A stretch of 64,000 nt of DNA. It comes from Sphingopyxis sp. GTDB taxonomy: Bacteria; Pseudomonadota; Alphaproteobacteria; Sphingomonadales; Sphingomonadaceae. The stretch covers positions 21,055 through 85,054 of the forward strand of contig NZ_JAXMPB010000012.1 of assembly GCF_034380315.1 (NCBI RefSeq), given 5' to 3'. The notes under the pieces are model-generated. The model searched no databases. It saw only the letters and a list, made by a program, of their open reading frames with translations, and was not told the DNA's origin. Positions 60,294 to 64,000 of this stretch are shown one piece after another. A program made the translations under genes and the position numbers. Every line of letters starts with the position of its first letter. The first letter of the stretch is position 1.

Positions 60294-62258
60294 GTGGCGG
60301 GAGAGCCAGAAGCATCGGTTCGCATCGACGAACGCATCGCATCCGATCCGGTGGAGCGGCCCATCGCCACCCCGCCGGAACCCGCTTTCGTGCGCCGTGC
60401 CCTCGAACAGGCCGACATGAACGCACTTCGCATCGCGCTTTACCACCAAACCCGCGACAGCGAATTGCTCGACATGGCGCTCGCCCGCTTTCCGGTGCGT
60501 GGCGGCGCGTTCGAAGCGCGCGTTGTTGCAAGACACCATCATGACGCGATCAAGCAAAAGGCACTCGCCTTTCTGACCGATCCGGACAATATTCGTCGCG
60601 ACCCGCCGACCCGCGACGAGGCCGAGCAATTGATGCGCCATTTCCAGGGAAGCGAGCTTTCGCCCGCCGCCCTCGATTTCGGGTACGGCGATCTTGGTAT
60701 CGACAAGAAAGCTCGCGACGCCGAATGGGCGGCGAAACCAAGCGCGGAACGGCTGGAGAATTTCGACGTCACGATCGTCGGCGGCGGTATAAGCGGCCTG
60801 GCCATCGCCCGGCAGCTTGGGCGTCTGGGCCTGAAGCACCATATCCTCGAAAAGCGCGACAGCTTTGGCGGCACGTGGCACATAAATGACTATCCGGAGG
60901 CCCGGGTCGATATCTCGACCTTCCTATACCAGTATAAATTCGATCTCGAATATCCGTGGAAAAGCCATTTCGCGACGCAGCCCGAACTCGTCGAATATAT
61001 GGAATATGTCGTCGACAAATATGGGCTGCGCGATCGGATCGAACTGAATACCGAATTGCAGGCCGCGTCGTGGAACGACGATCTTTCCAAATGGGAACTG
61101 ACGATCCGTTTGCCCGATGGTTCGACCGAGCATCGACTGACGAGCATCGTGATCAGCGCTGTCGGCCTGTTCGGCACACCGAAAATGCCCGACATCCAGG
61201 GCATCGAAGATTTCGAAGGCGCAATGTTCCATACCACCGAATGGGATCATGGCTTCGTTCCCGACGGCAAACGCATCGCGGTCATCGGCACCGGTTCGAC
61301 CAGTACGCAACTGATGCCTTCACTCGCCGAAAAGGCCGAACAGCTGACTGTCTATCAGCGCACGCCCAGCTGGATCACGCCGGTCCACGACTATCACGGC
61401 ACCGTCTCGCCCGAACTGCGCTGGCTGCTCGATACCATGCCCGGTTATACGAACTGGCATGTCTATTCACTGCACGTGGCCGATCTGCAACTTCAGGAGT
61501 TCCAGGACCTCGATCGCGAATGGATCGCAGGCGGCGGCAAGGTCAACGAACGCAACGACCGGCTGCGCGAAAACCTGATCCGCTATATTCGCGAAGAATG
61601 CGCGGGTCGCGACGATCTGTACGACAGGCTGGTCCCCGATTATGCGCCGACGGCCCGGCGGCTCGTCATCGACAACGGCTTTTATCGGGCCCTGCGGCGC
61701 GAGAATGTCGCGCTGGACAGCGCCGGGATCGACCGCATCACACGAACGGGCATCGTGTCGAAAGATGGCACAAGTCGCGATTTCGACCTCATCGTCCTCG
61801 GCGCGGGTTTCCAGGTTTCACGCTATCTTTGGCCCACAAGCTATCGCGGTCGTAACGGCATGACGCTGGAACAATTGTGGGAAGCCGACGGCGCCCGCGC
61901 CCATCTGGGCATCAACCTGCCCGAATTCCCCAACATGTTCGTTATCTATGGCCCCAATGCACAGGCGCGATCGGGCAGCTTTCATTCGTGGATCGAGATA
62001 TTGTCGCGCTATATCTGCGGATTGATCACCCACATGATCGAGACGGGCGGAACATCCATCGAAGTCAGGAAAGCGGCTTTCGATGCCTATAATGATCGGA
62101 TGGATCAGGCCATGACATCGACCTTGTGGGAAGCCGAAGGGCAAGGCGGCTATTATCTCAATGAACAGGGTCGCTCGGGCGTCAACATGCCGTGGCGCAT
62201 CTATGACTTCTACGACATGCTTCGGAATCCCGAGATGAAGGATTTCACCGTCCGATAG
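60294..62258 (+). CDS. Type I Baeyer-Villiger monooxygenase with N-terminal extension (HAPMO-like)
   Basis: GGGISG, GGTWHINDYP, fingerprint FEGAMFHTTEW (FxGxxxHxxxW), GTGST; start uncertain (60276 or 60294). Confidence 0.9.
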   Translation: MAGEPEASVRIDERIASDPVERPIATPPEPAFVRRALEQADMNALRIALYHQTRDSELLDMALARFPVRGGAFEARVVARHHHDAIKQKALAFLTDPDNIRRDPPTRDEAEQLMRHFQGSELSPAALDFGYGDLGIDKKARDAEWAAKPSAERLENFDVTIVGGGISGLAIARQLGRLGLKHHILEKRDSFGGTWHINDYPEARVDISTFLYQYKFDLEYPWKSHFATQPELVEYMEYVVDKYGLRDRIELNTELQAASWNDDLSKWELTIRLPDGSTEHRLTSIVISAVGLFGTPKMPDIQGIEDFEGAMFHTTEWDHGFVPDGKRIAVIGTGSTSTQLMPSLAEKAEQLTVYQRTPSWITPVHDYHGTVSPELRWLLDTMPGYTNWHVYSLHVADLQLQEFQDLDREWIAGGGKVNERNDRLRENLIRYIREECAGRDDLYDRLVPDYAPTARRLVIDNGFYRALRRENVALDSAGIDRITRTGIVSKDGTSRDFDLIVLGAGFQVSRYLWPTSYRGRNGMTLEQLWEADGARAHLGINLPEFPNMFVIYGPNAQARSGSFHSWIEILSRYICGLITHMIETGGTSIEVRKAAFDAYNDRMDQAMTSTLWEAEGQGGYYLNEQGRSGVNMPWRIYDFYDMLRNPEMKDFTVR

Positions 62259-62343
62259 ACGGCGGCCCGGCACAAGGCAGCGGGGTCAAGCAGGACGCGA
62301 CGAGGCGCGCCCAAACGATATATGTGATGAAGGCAGGTGCAAC

Positions 62344-63948
62344 ATGGCTTTGAACTTCGGCGACATATTGGATGCGGTCGCACAGCGGCGCGCCACGCAG
62401 CCGGCACTGTCATCCGACGATGGCGATCGCACATGGGCCGAGTTTGATGCCCGCACCAACGCCCTGGCACGCGGGCTTTCGAAGCACGGCATCGCAACCG
62501 GTGACAAGATTTGCTTTCTGCTGTTCAATGGCGCGCCCTATGTCGAGCTTCTGGCCGCCTGTTTCAAAGGGCGCTTCGTCCATGTGAACGCGAACTTTCG
62601 CTACACGACCGCCGAACTGCAATATATCCTCGAAAACTCCGACAGCACTGCCCTTGTCTATGATCGTCGACTGGCCGATGTCGTCGGCGCGCTGGATTCG
62701 GGCCTGCGCAAGCGATTGCTGCTGATCGAGGCGGGGCAGCAAGGTAACGACGGCCCGGTGCGTATCGAGGGCGCGCGCGATTTCGAAGCGTTTCTGAGCG
62801 GCCACGACCCCCGCCCGCTAGGCATAGCACGCTCTGCCGACGATCTGCTGTTCATCTATACCGGCGGCACGACCGGAATGCCCAAGGGCGTCATGTGGCC
62901 GCACCAGTCGCTCGCCCTCGGGCTGTTCGCCGACTTCTTCGGCCGCGTCGAAGGCGAGGCACAACTGGCTGACTGGATGATCCTGCTCGACACGCCGCGG
63001 GCCTATTTGCGACCGCTAATCGCATCGCCCCTGATGCATGGAACCGGGCTGCTCGCCGCGATTACGACGATGTGCAACGGCGGCCATATCGTCGTGACCG
63101 ACAATGCCGGAAGCTTCGACGCCGCCCGCCACTGGGATCTGGTCCAGCGCCACCGTGCCGATGCAATCGGCATCGTCGGCGACGCCTTTGCCCGCCCCCT
63201 GCTCGCCGCGTTCGACGCGGGATGCTATGATGCATCCTCGCTTCGGCTGATCGGTTCGTCGGGTGTTATGTGGAGCGCGGACGTCAAACAGGCGCTGCTC
63301 GATCGCATACCCGCCGCGACCCTGTTCGACTCGCTCGGGTCATCGGAAGCGATGAATCTGGGCAGTTCCATTACCGCGCGCGGCGGCGACAGCGGCACCA
63401 GCAGCTTTGGCATCGGTGACGGCTGCAAGGTCTTTGACGATGATTTGAACGAGGTGCAGCCAGGATCGGGCAAGATCGGCTTTCTTGCTCGTCCCGGCGC
63501 GCTGCCGCTCGGCTATTACAAGGATAGCGAGAAGACGGCGCAGACTTTCCGGACCATTCGCGGAATACGTTATTCGGTCCCTGGCGATATGTGCATGATC
63601 GAAGCCGACGGCACGATCACGCTGCTGGGGCGCGGCAGCGGCTGCATCAATTCAGGGGGCGAAAAGATCTTCCCCGAGGAAATCGAAGAAGCGTTGAAAA
63701 CGCATCCCGGTGTGGACGATGCTCTCGTGTTTGGCATCGAAGACCCGAAATGGGGACAGGCGGTGCATGCCGTCGTTCGCCGGAACGGGGCATCCGGCGC
63801 CGAGGAAGAGGCGCTGAAGACCTTCCTTGCCGATCGGCTCGCTCGATACAAATTACCCAAACGGATGCGATTCACCGAACGCAGCCTGCGGCTTGCGAAT
63901 GGCAAAGCCGACTACCGGCTGGCGCGGAGCATTGACGCATCGGGGTGA
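62344..63948 (+). CDS. Acyl-CoA synthetase (FadD19-like AMP-binding enzyme)
   Basis: YTGGTTGMPKG, GSSE, PGD, INSGGEKIFPEE, YKLPK. Confidence 0.93.
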   Translation: MALNFGDILDAVAQRRATQPALSSDDGDRTWAEFDARTNALARGLSKHGIATGDKICFLLFNGAPYVELLAACFKGRFVHVNANFRYTTAELQYILENSDSTALVYDRRLADVVGALDSGLRKRLLLIEAGQQGNDGPVRIEGARDFEAFLSGHDPRPLGIARSADDLLFIYTGGTTGMPKGVMWPHQSLALGLFADFFGRVEGEAQLADWMILLDTPRAYLRPLIASPLMHGTGLLAAITTMCNGGHIVVTDNAGSFDAARHWDLVQRHRADAIGIVGDAFARPLLAAFDAGCYDASSLRLIGSSGVMWSADVKQALLDRIPAATLFDSLGSSEAMNLGSSITARGGDSGTSSFGIGDGCKVFDDDLNEVQPGSGKIGFLARPGALPLGYYKDSEKTAQTFRTIRGIRYSVPGDMCMIEADGTITLLGRGSGCINSGGEKIFPEEIEEALKTHPGVDDALVFGIEDPKWGQAVHAVVRRNGASGAEEEALKTFLADRLARYKLPKRMRFTERSLRLANGKADYRLARSIDASG

Positions 63949-64000
63949 AGCAACGCCCCCGAGCCTGGCCGATCGACAGTCCCCGGAAAGCCCCCTTCAA

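Overview
GC-rich alphaproteobacterial chromosome segment; gene content and repeat families point to Sphingomonadaceae, Sphingopyxis-like (inference). Left half is mostly core genes: aroC, fabI, a DnaJ-class chaperone, pdxH, bolA, J-domain protein, cobS and cobT (split by a 3.7-kb insert), a ThDP enzyme + ALDH pair, plcP-agt, and guaA. Right half: a small integrase-less island after guaA with a trbI relic; a complete five-step histidine utilisation cluster with two HutC repressors and a HutC-boxed TonB receptor + 2 PepSY module; and a 13-kb catabolic cluster (TBDR, MFS, BVMO, lactonase-family protein, CoA ligase, CoA transferase, hydratases) tied together by a recurring operator. The most unusual structure is non-coding. 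At 28.2-29.2 kb six co-oriented, degenerate ~29-nt palindromic units alternate with cargo (one low-GC membrane-protein gene and three different REP-like hairpins), like a cassette array. No tRNA, rRNA, CRISPR array, integrase or transposase was seen. All assignments come from motif and family recognition by eye; no searches were run.
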